Below, in pieces: positions 43,572 through 58,832 of a DNA stretch of 64,000 nucleotides (its first letter is position 1; each line of letters begins with the position of its first letter). The notes below the pieces were generated by a model. It saw only the letters and a list, made by a program, of their open reading frames with translations. It ran no database searches and was not told where the DNA came from. The translations under genes were made by a program, and so were the position numbers. Origin of the DNA: Eledone cirrhosa (Eukaryota); contig OZ024740.1 in assembly GCA_964016885.1 (NCBI GenBank), positions 428,048,001-428,112,000 of the forward strand. The letters run 5' to 3'.

Positions 43572-44789
43572 TGTGTGTGTGCGTATATATATATATAATG
43601 GGTGTGTGGGGGTGTGTGTGGGGGGGTGATATTGGTACATTTTATTTTTACACACACCAACCACACACATGTATACGCACATGTATATATTCATATGTAT
43701 ATATGCGTATGGATATATGTATCTGTAAGTATATGCAAGCAGATATGTACATATACATAAATGTATGTATGTATGCATGCACACAGGTATGTATATATGC
43801 ATGCATATGTATATGTATGCCTGTATAAATATGTATACATGTATGAATGTATGTATATATGTATGTATGCCTCTATGTATATATGCATGTATGAATGTAT
43901 GTATATATGTATGTATGCCTCTATGTATATGTGCATGTATGAATGTATGTATATATGTATTGATGCATGTATGTATTTGTGTGTGTATGCATGTATGTAT
44001 GTATATGTAAATACGTATGTATGCATTCATCTATTTCGCTCTTCTGATAGCTCCCTGTTGTATAGAATTATATTTCTTGCTTCTCTACGAGTCTTGTGTA
44101 TTGAGTGACAAGCTGACTATAACTGGAATATCTTCATGCTGGTTCTTCTTGCTATATACTCCGACTCTAGGCAAGATCTCTCCAGTTTTCATTCCATCAT
44201 TGACTTTACGTTGAGAATGAATGCTTGGCACTGCAGATTAAAACTTCCGATCTTCCCATGTATTTCCGCTACTATATCCCAATATCATTTGTATTCCACC
44301 ACATTTATATATTAAGCACCTGATACACCTAATAAGTTCCAAATTTGCCGTGTAATTCAATGCATGATATTTTGGCTTTAACATTTACATATTTTAGTCA
44401 AAAGAATTCCTCGCTATCTGCAGAGATCTTTAGGATAAGCTCCTCATCAAATCTGGCAGTTTGAATCTTGACGCCTCCCAGTTTTGTTATTTTCTATGTT
44501 TTCTACTGTTAACTACGAGAATTTTATTATGTAGTACAACGTGTGCTGCTACGCAAAATCTTCACAATAAATGAAAATGTGTCGATATGGGGGGATTATC
44601 TAACGTTTCCAGGAGGGATCCAAAACAGGGAAGTAAAACTCTCAGAGAAGAAAGAGAAAGGAGGGGAAGAGGAGGGGGACTGAAAGATGTCGAAAAAAAT
44701 AAATGAGAAAACATCAAAATAATTAAGATGAGGTTAGATCTGAGCTCAGATGTGCAACATATGAAAATAAGACAACCTCACTTGGCCAA

Positions 44790-46203
44790 CCCATTCGTGA
44801 GTTACAAGCCATTTTACCTCCACACACCCCACCTTGATCCAAGCTGCTCTCATGCGTGCCCGTGAATCCGACCGTACCACAGCCCTCTCACCTCACCAGC
44901 ACCTGCCCAACACCTGCCTTCCTTTCCCTCTCACCTACCACCCCATCATCCTACCTATCCGGCGACATATCCTCCGTTCCTTCCGCACCATCACTTCTGA
45001 CCCAGTCACTTCTCACATTTTTTCCTGACCCACCTATCACCACATTTAAGCGCAGCCCGTAACCTCGACAACCTCCTGGTACGCAGTTCCTTCTCATCCT
45101 CTCCTACGACTCCACCCGGCTCTCATCCTTGTTCTCGTCCCCGCTGTAACACTTGTCTTTTTATTTCCAACCTCGCCACTCTCACAGGCCCCAGCCGTTC
45201 ATTCCGTATCCACCACTCCTTCACCTGCACCTTCACCCACGTTTTTTATGCCCTCCGGTGTTCCCTTTGCGGGTCCATATACATCGGACAAACGGGACGC
45301 CGTCTGGCGCGGACCATTTTGCTGAACATTTGATGGACATACGACTTGGTATGCATACTCCCGTCGACCGTCATTTCCATTCCTCAGGTCACTCTCCCCT
45401 ACATGTCTCACACTTGGGTCTCCTTTTACATCACGGATTACAGGCCTCGAGCAACAAGACTGAACAGTCTGATTTACCGTCGTGGGTCCTGTTTCCCTCT
45501 TGGACTCAAGACCCCTCCCCAATTTCTTTAATATTACACATATACGTTCGTGCTTACTTCTCTACCCTTTGCTCCGTCACGTTTAACCCGTCCGTTATCA
45601 CACACGCGCTGTACATTCACCCCTAGATTCCTATGGCTCACTGATGGTCAGAAACATATACTCTTACAGCTGATACAGACCAACAAAATACGCACATACA
45701 CATCTACCTTTGCCTTCGCAGCTCTATATATACACACACACACGCGCGCGCGCACACACACACACACACGCACACACGCGCGCACACGCGCACACACACA
45801 TATACACGCGCACACACACACACATACACACACACACACACACACGCACACACACACACACACACACACATATCCTCTTAGCACTCGTACCGCCGTATAA
45901 TAACACGCGTACGCGCACACGTATAGCTCTATATAAAAAAGGTTTTTTTTTTCCATTTCAGGTAGACGCGCTCCATCATCCACTTTTCTAAAAAAAAGTA
46001 TATCATACACAAAACGCCAGCATAAACAGTTTTCCAAGAGATGGCAACATGAATGATGCCACCCCGTCCGTCCCTTCAATCATTCTGATGCCTCATTCTT
46101 TCTTCTGATGAAGGACTAGCGTACGAAAGGTTAAGATCCTCTTAAACTTATATATCCCTTCCATATACTGTACCGATTGTGTTGTTATTTCTGTTTACCT
46201 TTT
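44790..46203 (+). mobile_element. Penelope-like element 2 (GIY-YIG remnant plus 3' repeat)
   Basis: FPLTYHP, CSRPRCNTC, VFYALRCSLCGSIYIGQTGRR..HFAEH; interrupted by (CA)n. Confidence 0.88.
46101..46136 (+). ncRNA. Minimal hammerhead motif in the PLE 2 3' repeat
   Basis: TCTT-CTGATGA-A-GGAC-TAGC-GTAC-GAAA-GG-TT|AAGA; the second copy restores GTCC and ACGT. Confidence 0.65.
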
Positions 46204-46207
46204 ACAT

Positions 46208-46276
<69 letters not shown>

Positions 46277-46281
<5 letters not shown>

Positions 46282-47223
46282 ATATTTTGGGAGAGTCATG
46301 TTGCCAATAAGAAACACACGCACCAGTTCCTTTCACTCTAATTTATTATAAATTAAATTTATAAATTTAAGAATTTATAAATTTCCAGTTGGTTGGTTGG
46401 TTCATATATTGTCAAAGTTATTTCGTCACACATTCTGTGACCTCTTCAGTCACTGGGTATTCTTTTCTTTGTTTTGTGCCTCTCCTTTGTTCTGTCCTAC
46501 GGCATCTTGTTTTTGTGTGTGCTGTGTGCTTAGTTTGAGCATGTGTTACATCCGGGTGTTTGTGTGTGTTTTTATTTGTTTATTTATTCGTTTATTTACA
46601 TGTTACTGGTTGGTTGTTTGTTCTATGTGTGTATGTGTTTTCATTTTGTCCTTAATTATAAGTTGTGATGTTGCTATTCCACTCATGTTTTCTATTTAAT
46701 TTTGGTTCGAGTTCATTTATGTTTATTGCCTCTGTAATTTGTCTAAACATTGCGTCTTTTCTGTGTGTAAATTCTATTTTTATTTCTATGTTCTCTAATT
46801 TACCCTTATGTTCTATTTTAGCATGTTGGTGGAGTATTGATGATTCTTTTTTATCTTGAAGCTCTCGCCAGTGTTCATTTAACCGTTCTCCTATACTACG
46901 AGCTGTCTCACCTCTGTACACTATATTCTTATCTTTACATTGTCCTTCAGTACATCTTATGCTATATACTACATTTCTAGTTTTACAGTTAATATGGGGG
47001 CTAAGTTTACAGATTATACATTTCTTATCTATACAGTTGTGGAACCAACCAACCAACCGGAAATTTATAAATTCTTAAATTTATAAATTTAATTTATAAT
47101 AAATGGGAGTGAAAGCGCGTGGTGCGTGTGTTTCTTATTGGCAACATGACCCTCCCAAAGTATAACAATATCGGTTTCAACACACGTTTTCAGATAATGA
47201 ATCTTGCTAAACAAATTCAGAAA

Positions 47224-47226
<3 letters not shown>
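46277..47226 (-). mobile_element. Penelope-like element 3 with inverted pseudo-LTR
   Basis: 46277-46403 inverted against 47042-47168; ORF 46652-47040 NVVYSIRC..VYRGETARSIGERLNEH..RQITEAINI..PKLN. Confidence 0.9.
46411..46453 (-). ncRNA. Hammerhead motif in the PLE 3 3' region
   Basis: GTGA-CTGAAGA-G-GTCACA-GAATG-TGTGAC-GAAA-TAAC-TT|TGAC; one stem I mismatch. Confidence 0.6.
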
Positions 47227-47301
<75 letters not shown>

Positions 47302-47304
47302 TTA

Positions 47305-47491
47305 ACCCCGACGGCAGAGCTCATGCCCTTTCGACGGCTATTTCTGTACTATTTCAGTCCAGAAATAGCTGTCGAAACGTTTGAGCTCTGCCGTCGGGGT
47401 CAAACATTCTCCTATTACCCACTCTACTACCCTAAGTATTGAGTACTCTGGTGCGTTATGGTCCATCTGGTTCCTTACCACAACTCCTTCG

Positions 47492-47493
<2 letters not shown>
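47305..47493 (+). mobile_element. Family X variant, clean fold-back
   Basis: Arms 47305-47347 and 47356-47400, plus a tail to 47493. Confidence 0.85.
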
Positions 47494-48280
<787 letters not shown>

Positions 48281-48301
48281 ATATATATTTATATATATAT
48301 G

Positions 48302-48378
<77 letters not shown>

Positions 48379-50076
48379 ATTGTTATACTTGGAGAGGGTC
48401 ATATTGTTGTAGTAATAATATTGCCAGAAATAATAACAGAACACACTCACTGTTTGGTTGGTTTTCGCTTCTGTATCTTTATATTTCCATATTTAATTTA
48501 TTTGGCAATCAATATTTATCATTGTTTGACCAACGGTTAAATATACAGATATATATATATATATATTGAGTCAGAAATAGAAGCTTCCGCCGTATTTTGA
48601 CTAAAAAAGGCAGCCTGATGGTGGGGCTTAAAACCCTCTACATGGAAAAGGATGAGTATTGACGTACACGAGAATCGAATCCACATCTTTTGTTATCTGG
48701 ATCAATGTGCTACCATTACACATGTAATGTGTATGTTTGTGATGAGAGGCGTTCGTGAACCGAGGTTTCACTGAACCTACATTCCCGTTTTCATTGGACT
48801 AATATTTAAAGGAAAATTATTTTTGCATCGATATTGTGTACAGTTGAAAATAATACCATTCCTAGTGGCCAATTATAGAAGCTAGATAACGTGAAAGGTG
48901 AAAGTAAAGAAAATTACGTGAAGCTGGGTTTTTAATCACAAATTTCGATATATAATTCCTTACTCCTTGTGGTTGAAATCTTCGACTTGCCTTTTTAGGG
49001 TTCAATTATATATTTTTTCCGAACCCCTTATTCTATTCGTTATGTATTACTTAAAATGTTGACCATTAATTATTGTAGATAGGATGTAATGCACCATAGT
49101 ATATTATTGTAAAAGCCAAGGTTGCAAAAGATTTCCTGTACCTAATAGGTAAACCTTCTCCGAAGGGGCATAAATTCCAGAAACTCGTCAACAAAATCAG
49201 AATTAACGTAAGCTACTGTTGCATGAGAAATATCCCTTGTGTCTTCAAGATCCACTATGCTAAATTATTGCAATCAATCTTAAAGCGAAATCAACCAATT
49301 GCTGAAATATAGAACCTTTCTCTGTATATATTGTAAATGTCTAGAGGAAAATATTCTATACTGGACTGATATTGCCACTAACAATACATCCACAAAAGTT
49401 ACCTGCACCAGCACAACGATCTATCTGGCCTCCAGCACCTTCAAAATACATTTGAAAATCAAGAGCAGAGGGAAGACCACTGGTGTCTCAGATGTAATGT
49501 TAACTAAGACACAGTTTATTTAAGAAAAGAGCAAAATTCTGAGACTTGTCTCATGAAGAATCCTCACATCATATGCCACCAAACTCCAAACTTATACCAA
49601 AACGATAACCCGATATATCCCTAAATACGTCCTCGCCAATTTGTAAGTGTACCCTTTTGAAGCATAATATATAACTACAGCTCACCTGCACTCTCTACAC
49701 TACCTAGCATTATTCTATGATGTTCTAACTGCTAACATATACCAAACGATATATATCGTTGTATGAACCAATGAGGTATACTCTAAGAGTCGTTCGATAA
49801 GACTAAAAATAACAGCTAATTCTCCTTCTCCTACAAACATCTTCCCATCTTTAAAACAGAGGAAGCACAAATTGTAGAATATAATCTAACATATTCAAAC
49901 AGTCGAACAGTTCACAGCTCTAATGTTCTTTGTTGAAATATCAACTGGCTTAAGGCTTCTAGGGACCTACACAACAAAGAAAGGACATAGCAAGCTTTAC
50001 ATTGGTTAGATTTAAACTGGGAATGTAAAGAGTCCTACCGATTCTGCTAACCTGTGTGTATTAATATGTTTATTAG

Positions 50077-50260
50077 GGCGGTGGATTGGCAGTATCGGTA
50101 GAGGGTCGGACGCCATGCTTTCCAGCATAGTTACGTCCCTTTATGGTCTGAGTTCAAATCCCGCCGAGGTTGACTTTGCCTTTCATCCTTACGGGGTCGA
50201 TAAAATAAAGTACCAGTAATGCACTGGGTAATTGCTGGCCTTGTGCCTAAAGTAGAAACA
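50077..50260 (+). mobile_element. SINE family A with 17-bp TSD
   Basis: ATTAATATGTTTATTAG at 50060-50076 and 50261-50277. Confidence 0.95.
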
Positions 50261-50513
50261 ATTAATATGTTTATTAGTTTTGTTACATGAATTACTTCCC
50301 TTTATTCTCTTTATCTTACTCCCACCTTCTCCTTCTATTTGCTCTTCTTGTCAATTTTTCTCAATAAATTCCCCTATTATGACTTAATCCTTCTTGATCT
50401 ATCAGCATATCAATGTATCTCTCAGTATATCAATGTATATCTCAATCGATGTATCGGCAACAGTACCTATGTAACTTATAACCAGTGTTACCTTATATGT
50501 CACCATTAATGTT

Positions 50514-50695
50514 GGTGAATTGGCAGTATCGGTAGGGGCTCAGACGCCATGCTTTGACGCATAGAGTTACGGCCCTTTATTGTCTGAGTTCAAATCCCGC
50601 CAAGGTTAACTTTGCCTTTCATCCTTACCAGGTCGATAAAATAAAGTACCAGTAATGCACTGGAAAATGCTGGCCTTGTGCCAAAAGTAGAAACA
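50514..50695 (+). mobile_element. SINE family A with 9-bp TSD
   Basis: ATTAATGTT at 50505-50513 and 50696-50704. Confidence 0.92.
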
Positions 50696-50999
50696 ATTAA
50701 TGTTACTTAGCCGGTGTATTTACTTAGCAACCACCGAACACATAACGAGAAATAAGGACAAGGTACACATAGCGCACGACTTATATATGAATAATTCTAC
50801 AATATACTACATTTAATGGAGAAAAATATATTTCACTTTTATGGAAGTAAAATGCCATAGCCTTTAACTGGATAGAAGGCATTTTCTGCTGTTTTGTTTT
50901 TTTTAATCTTTTCCGTTTTTTAAAGAAAACGAATATAGTAGATTCGAGTATGTGACCCCGTACAGCTGACCTCTTTCGTAAAATCGGAAAGACAGCAGC

Positions 51000-51240
51000 C
51001 CATCTATGGAGAGGAGCCTTGCAAAGTGAGGTGGCTGTTGCAGCGGGTGTCGCTGGCCATTGTCGGCGGAAATGCCTTTACCATTTTGTCCACGGGGCGC
51101 AGTCGAAACACCGCTCTGACTTATGTATAGAACTTGTCACACTCTCTCCCACTTTCTTTGTTTTGTTGCCTAATAATCCTTGCCCTTTCCCTCTTTTTCC
51201 TCCCATTTGTAGCATTTATAGTCCTTTCTAATACTACTTA
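51000..51240 (+). mobile_element. CRE-like 3' end fragment
   Basis: RWLLQRVSLAIVGGNA; homologous to 14930-15010. Confidence 0.65.
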
Positions 51241-51494
51241 CTTTTTCTATATGTTTAACTAAATATTAAATTCTTTATTATTTATATGAAATTTCATCCT
51301 AGAAATATATTAGAAATAAATTTTATGATGGCTCGAATTACTAAAAGTTGTAACTGAAATCATTTAAATGAGAACCTAACGTCTTAAAGTTAAAGGAATG
51401 ACACATTAAGCGAAGTAGTCTTCGGTATACAAAGAACAGATTGACAGGCGTTTGGTCATCGTCTGCTCTATCAAGGCTGACCAACATCTAAAAC

Positions 51495-51735
51495 CTTTAC
51501 CTATGGGTAATGACCGAAAGAATATGATCGTGAATATAAGCGACAGAAATGGAGTTCCTCGGAAGGGTCTTTGGAGTAATGTTACTCGATAGAGTGCGTA
51601 GCTCGGAGATTAGAAAGTCACTTCAGGTAGAGCCACTATTTCTCCAAATTGAGAGATCACAGCTTCGATACTATATGCACATGTGGTTAGAATGTCTCAG
51701 GAAAGAATCGCTGGACAGATTGTACGGACAAGAGA
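51495..51735 (+). mobile_element. Old RTE-like LINE 3' fragment
   Basis: EMEFLGRVFGVMLLDRVRSSEIRKSLQVEPLFLQIERSQLRYY. Confidence 0.75.
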
Positions 51736-51877
51736 CTTCCCTCAACAACTCTTAATTGGATTAATGCAATAAGAGGAACGAAAAGGAAACTTCAAACCTC
51801 TCCATATTTTAATGTAATCATTTAATCATCTGCTTTATTTTCTCGGATGATCTCTCATTAAATTATCTACCTATACA

Positions 51878-52065
51878 AGGGCGGTGGATTGGCAGTATCG
51901 GTAGAGGGTCGGACGCCATGCTTTGACGCATAGAGTTACGGCCTTTGCCATTCTGAGTTCAAATCCCGCCGAGGTTAACTTTGTCTTTCATCCTTACGGG
52001 GTCGATAAAATACAGTACCAGTAATACACTGGGTAATTGCTGGCCTTGTGCCAAAAGTAGAAACA
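51878..52065 (+). mobile_element. SINE family A with 21-bp TSD (one mismatch)
   Basis: ATTAAATTA(T/G)CTACCTATACA at 51857-51877 and 52066-52086; an older SINE relic follows at ~52123-52265. Confidence 0.95.
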
Positions 52066-53264
52066 ATTAAATTAGCTACCTATACATACAGAATAAAGTG
52101 TTCAGTCCCCTTTTATCATATAGCAGCGAGTTGGCAGAGTTGCTAAGGCACCGGGTTAAAAGTGTCCCGTTATTATTTCCGACTCACAGCGCTCTTAGTT
52201 CAAATCGCACCGACGTGAACTTTGTCTTTGGAGGTCATAAAATAAAATGCCTGTACTGAGATCGATTCCCTCATCTTCCTCTATCAGACTTCATCGCTTT
52301 ATCTCTCTCTCTCTCGCTCTCTCTCTCTTTATTCTCGGAATGAAATTAGCTGTAGTTCTGGAGATGGATGGGCTCCATCAGATTCAAATGGGCCAAATCA
52401 TGCGGTGAATCAGAATGGTGACCCTACGACTCCAACAAGAGTTACGTGCCATTCTTCTTCTTCTTCTTCTTCTTCTTCTTCTTCTTCTTCTTCTTCTTCT
52501 TTGTCACCACCTTGACATGACCAAAACTCAATAGAAAGTGGAGGATGGCAACCAAGAGTGAGAAGGTGCTGGGTTAGATTAGATCTGTATGCAAAGATCC
52601 ATATTAGTTATGAATAATAAATACAGTTATGGTTGAGTTTTTACATTCTCTCCCCACCGCCTATGATTGGCATTATGGCCGATCTGGTCCTAAACACCTC
52701 CATGATTTATTCATTCAGCTCAGGTCTCCATTCAGAGTACACCTCACACAAATATCTTCACAGGTCCCGGAGAACACGAAGAAGATTATGAGCACAAAAC
52801 TTCCTCTTTTAAGTCACATAGAAAAAAATCGCAAGATGCACTCAAATCTCGTTCAAATCACACTCTCCCGTCAAACATAGGACGAACTTTTTGGCTAATA
52901 TAATCTGTGTTGATGAAGTATGTCTTAAAAGCCTGGATGGTCACGACTAGAGTGTTTTTCATTATAAGTTTGCTCGTTTTCAGTTAAACAATAACAACTA
53001 CAACAAAAAAAAAAAAATTATGAATTTTGTTTATGAATGATGAAACACATAAAATAAAGTGAGAGAGTATCGAAAATAAACTCTGAAAATATAAAAATAA
53101 ATATATAAATAAATAAATAAAATTGGTCGTTTTGGAAGCCTCAACAATGCAGATGGGTAAATCTCCGGGTAACAGAATCAGGTGGTGATGAGAGAGATGT
53201 AAGAGGAAATGTAGAATGAGATGTATAGTGTGTAGAGGAACGTAGGAAAGAGTGTAAAAATAAT

Positions 53265-53481
53265 GGTTTTTTATATAGGCACAAGGCCAACAATTTTGGG
53301 GGAGGGAAAAATCGATTAAATTGACCCCAGTGCGTGACTGGTACTTTATTTTATCGACCCCGTAAGGATGAAAGGCAAAGTTAACCTCGGCGGGATTTGA
53401 ACTCAGATCATAAAGGGCCGTAACTCTATGCCGAAAAGCATGGCGTCCGACCCTCTACCGATACTGCCAATCCACCGCCCT
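53265..53481 (-). mobile_element. SINE family A (long-tail variant) with 18-bp TSD
   Basis: AAAGAGTGTAAAAATAAT at 53247-53264 and 53482-53499. Confidence 0.95.
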
Positions 53482-53679
53482 AAAGAGTGTAAAAATAATA
53501 ACACGAGATAGAGTTACCTTGGAAGTGATTTAATTGTTCCTATATTTCAGATTTCATATCCATCAACTAGGGTTTTCCGAGGGGAAAAGTTTTTATAGTC
53601 GGAGAGGAACAACACGTGGCCTCTGTTGTCTATCGTGTTCCAAGGTAACTCTATCTCGTGTTATTATTTTTACACTCTT

Positions 53680-54191
53680 AGCCAGGAAGGGCAGGCAATT
53701 TTCCTTTGTCTGGTGGCAGTAGCGAAAGAGGTTGCATGGTGGACCAGGCTGAAAGGACTGAAGACAGACACTTTTCTCTTTGGCCAATCCCTCATCAACT
53801 TTTTCAAGTTTCACTTGGAAAGGAAGGTGAGGGTGGAGAGAGAAGTGTTGCTCCCCACTACATTTGCTGAAAGGTGGGTGAATGTGGCAAGAATGGCCCA
53901 TGTGAGTGGGCCTACTCTGGTCATGCGCCTGTAGGTGGGTAAATTTGAGGAGAGTGGTGCCCTTCCAGGGTGCTCTCGAAGAGTCGGGTCGTTCAGGATT
54001 GGTGGGGTACCTGAGTGAACCCTGGGGGGGGGGGGGTCATTCCCCACTATTGGGGATTTTTTCCTGTTGTATTTTTCTCGTTACTTTGTTATTGTTATTT
54101 ATATTGTTTACACGCTGTATATGTAAACCCTCACTGTCCAAGTCTTTTGTATTGTCCCCTATATATCGGCCTTTGTGGCCAATAAATGAAA
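53680..54191 (+). mobile_element. Tx1-type LINE 3' fragment (diverged subfamily) with TSD
   Basis: AKEVAWWTRLKGLKTDTF..ERWVNVARM; TTA(T/C)TATTTTTACACTCTT at 53661-53679 and 54192-54210. Confidence 0.9.
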
Positions 54192-54343
54192 TTACTATTT
54201 TTACACTCTTTCCAACGTTCCTCTACACCCTATACGTCTCATTCTACATTTCCTCTTCCATCTCTCTCATCATCACCTGATTCTGTTACCCGGAGATTTA
54301 CCCATCTGCATTGTTGAGGCTTCAAGCAAACTTCAGCACTCTC

Positions 54344-54395
<52 letters not shown>

Positions 54396-54554
54396 ACAAA
54401 TAAATGAATAAATAAATGGGAAATAAAAAAAATAGAAGACGTATCTCTAGAATTTCTAGTGCAGTTTATTCAATTTAAATTAAATGTTTTGTTATATTGT
54501 GATACTTGAATTTTAAAAATTAATAAGAATTTTAATAAGACAAATAATGCATTG

Positions 54555-55035
54555 TATATTTATATTATTTATATTATATTATATTATATTATATTATATT
54601 ATATTATATTATATTATATTATTTATATTATATTATATTTTATATTATATTATATTATTTATATTATATTATATTATATTATATTATATTATTTATATTA
54701 TATTATATTATATTATATTATATTATATTATATTATATTATATTATTTATATTATATTATATTATATTATATTATATTATATTATTTATATTATATTATA
54801 TTTTATATTATATTATATTATTTTTATTATATTATATTATATTATATTATATTATATTACATTATATTATATTATATTATATTATTATATTATATTATTT
54901 ATATTATATTATATTATATTATTTATATTATATATTTTATATTATATTATATTATATTATATTATATTATATTATATTATATTACATTATATTATATTAT
55001 ATTATATATTATGTTATATATTAATTTATTTTATA
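54555..55035. repeat. (ATATT)n microsatellite
   Basis: Pentanucleotide run. Confidence 0.97.
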
Positions 55036-55835
55036 TTTTACTCCTAACGAAAACTGTAGAAGTAAAGAATTAATAGGGAACATTATGAAAGCAAGCCATA
55101 AATTTATCAAACACCATCCAGTATCAGCGATTACTCATCAAGAAAAGCCAATAAAATTACATCTATAGCAACAGCACTGTCATCACCAACAGCAGTACTA
55201 GTAGTAGTAGTAGTAGTAGTAGTAGTAGCAGTAGTAGCAGTAGCAGCAGCAGCAGCAACAACAACTGCTAAACTAATTGCAATTTTGGTTCGTTTCATTG
55301 GTTAATTGTAGACAGTTTCTTTAGTAATTTCCTTCTTTTTTATTTTGCTTCGTTTTTTTTTTTCCCTTTGTTTGATTGGTTTTGTTCTTGTCGTCTTGTG
55401 AAGAAGAAGAAGAAGAAGAAGAAGAAGAAGAAGAAGAAGAAGAAGAAGAGAATATTCATGAGCAACGAATCAAAGGATGGTGATAAGGAATCAGTTCAAA
55501 AAGAAGTTTTATTTGAATTTGAAAGTGAAAAGAATTATCTTATAAGGTTGTAAAGAAGAGAATGTCGTAGCAATTACAGGAGATAATATCAAGATGAATA
55601 TCTGTGCCAATTATCACAGAAAACATTACACTAATGCATGATAGCATCCACACACTCCACCACACCTCCATCGCACCCCCACTGCGCCCCCAACACCCCA
55701 CCCGTTCCCCGTAGTACCCAGATTTTGCAATTGACAATTACTACGCACCATCACCGCCGCCACTACTTTGATACACGTTTCACAACTTTAACATTAGAAA
55801 GCTCCCACTTCTATTAACATAACTAACTAGCTTTT

Positions 55836-56320
55836 CCACCACCACTACCTCCACGACCATGACCACCAACACCACCATCACAACCACCACCACCACCTCA
55901 CCACCACCATCACCATCACAACCACCACCACCACTACCTCCACCACCACTACCTCCACGACCATGACCACCATCACCACCATCACAACCACCACCAACAC
56001 TCCACCACCACCACCATCACAACCACCACCATCACCATCAACACCATCACCATCACCACCAACACTCCACCACCACCACAACCACCACCACTACCTCTAC
56101 GACCATGACCACCATGACCACCACAACCACTACCACCACCATCACTACTACAACCTACCACCACCACTACTACAATCCAACCACCACCACCACTACCACT
56201 ACTACTTCAACCCCAGCGACACCACCACCACCATCCACACCACCCCCATTACTACCCCTATCGCCACTACTACACCCCCACTGCCGTCACCCTACAACCC
56301 CCCACCACTACTACTACCCC
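55836..56320. repeat. Degenerate (CAC)n microsatellite
   Basis: Trinucleotide run giving poly-T/P/H pseudo-ORFs. Confidence 0.95.
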
Positions 56321-56602
56321 CTCCGCCGCCGCCAGATGGAGTCGCCGTAAGAATGTGTCAATATAGAATATATAATCATTTCTACACTTTGTCTATGTAA
56401 CCATATGGAAGCTACTTGTGACGTCATATAGGGACATATGGTTGTCACCTATATAGATAAAGTCAAACACATATACATACATGCATATCTTGAGGCATTC
56501 TTGTGTGTATATATATATATATATATATAAATATGTATGTATATATATGTGTGTGTATGCGTGTATATGTATGTCTGTATGTATATAGATAGATAGATAT
56601 AA

Positions 56603-56676
<74 letters not shown>

Positions 56677-57101
56677 ATGTATATATGTGTGTGTGTATGC
56701 GTGTATAAGTATATGAACATAAATATGTATGTCTGTATGTATAGAGATAGATATCAGTGTATATATAAAAATATATATATATATATGTGTGTGTGTGTGT
56801 ATGCGTGTAGATGTATATGTACATAAATATGTAAGTCTGTACGTATATAGATAGATAGATATCTGTGTATATATATATACATATATACGCGTAGATATAT
56901 AAATATATGTGCTACCTCCAATATGTGTGTGTGGGTATATATATCTATGGATATATATATAAATGTAAGTATGTATGTATGTATACGTACATACATATAT
57001 ATATACAGACGTACAGTAGTATCTATATATATACATACATGCACACATTTAAGTAACTGCCGTACTAAGACTGCGAAATGAAATTTCGTTTCATTCTATT
57101 C

Positions 57102-57164
<63 letters not shown>

Positions 57165-57165
57165 C

Positions 57166-57216
<51 letters not shown>

Positions 57217-57740
57217 TATACCCACACACACACATATTGGAGGTAGCAATGAAAAAAGGGACAAACAAACATAAATATATAGAAAGCTAGAGAAAGATAG
57301 TACGAGGGAGGGAGAGAGAAAGGGGGGGAGGGAGAGAGTATGAGATTAAAAGGTAGAGAGAATATAGGTGTTCATTTGGTGAGGCGTGAATAAAGGAGAG
57401 GGCATATCAAACATTCATAAGTGATGTATTTAATGATTAAACAGCGTAAGAATCATGTATATGATAATAGACGCGCATAAATAATTCATTTAACGAGAAT
57501 ATAAACTACCAAACTTTGTTCCTGCGTAATTGCACATTCGTAATCACACACACACTAATGGAAATACTGACATAGCCACACACATACTAATGGAAATACT
57601 GACATAGACACACACAGTCACATACATAGACACGGACAGCCATATAAACACACATTCACACACAAATACATACATACGTATGTATATATGTATGTATATA
57701 TATGTATTGGAACATGTGTATTTATACACATACATATATA

Positions 57741-57849
<109 letters not shown>

Positions 57850-57976
57850 TTTGTATGTATATGTGTATATGTATGTGTATGTGAGTGCAAGTGTGGTTGT
57901 GTGTGTATATGTTTGTATCCATACATTTTGGTTTATAAACACAAAGAAAGAGATTTCGATACCAAAGTAGGTATTA

Positions 57977-58037
<61 letters not shown>

Positions 58038-58542
58038 CCGAATGCTACCATTCTATTTTATATCAATGTGAACTGCTATTTCTAAGAGCCATCTTTTCAC
58101 CCCTTGATAATTTGTGTGTGAGACACGTTGGCTGAATGCTTCTGACAGGAATCAGTGGCTAGTTGAGAGATAGAGTCCTATCGGTTGCCAGTTAATCGCT
58201 TTAGCGTGTCGATTGTCACAAACAGTCATGACCGTCATGGGCCGGTGTTTGGATTCTGTCGATCGATTGGTTATTGATTAGGCGATACCCGCTGATGAAG
58301 CCGCATAAGCCGATTGTACATTATTGAATAATATATGCAGACAGATGGTGCAGTGCACCTTACTGCTGCATTAGTGCGGCAGAAACTCGAGTCCGGGAAC
58401 CTTATAGGCACCCGTTTTACGTGTGTTGTGTTGAGGTGAATAACTATGTGTATACTCTGGTAATGTATCTTACATTGCCCATTGAGTGCGCTGAGATACA
58501 ACCGGTACTGGCATTGATAAATATGCTGGGTCCGTCAACCCT

Positions 58543-58591
<49 letters not shown>

Positions 58592-58746
58592 AACAGTTAT
58601 GAAACGAAGGAGCTGTGTGGTTACTAAAAACAATGTTTAGAATGGTGGTTAGGACGGAACAGGAGGAGAAAGAAAGAAAGGGGTTTCCATCGTCAGCTGT
58701 AAATGTTTCCCGGACCGATGTTTCGGCGCTGAATTACAGGACATCG

Positions 58747-58826
<80 letters not shown>

Positions 58827-58832
<6 letters not shown>

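Larger units (their letters stand above)
53135..54323. repeat. Inverted-repeat element (~155-bp arms), each arm interrupted by an insertion
   Basis: Left arm 53135-53264 plus 53482-53524; right arm 53638-53679 plus 54192-54323. Confidence 0.9.

Noticed and set aside
48790-49620. Possible ancient L1-type remnant on minus (IYAP, YNIDAKI-like words)
   Set aside because: Too decayed to support without alignment; the same applies to 3600-4260, 23330-23560 and 44050-44500
55963-56400. Pro/His/Thr-rich extensin-like ORF
   Set aside because: Degenerate (CAC)n microsatellite
58290-58750. CTGATGA at 58293 and minus-strand GAAACATCGGTC near 58715
   Set aside because: Each lacks its partner half
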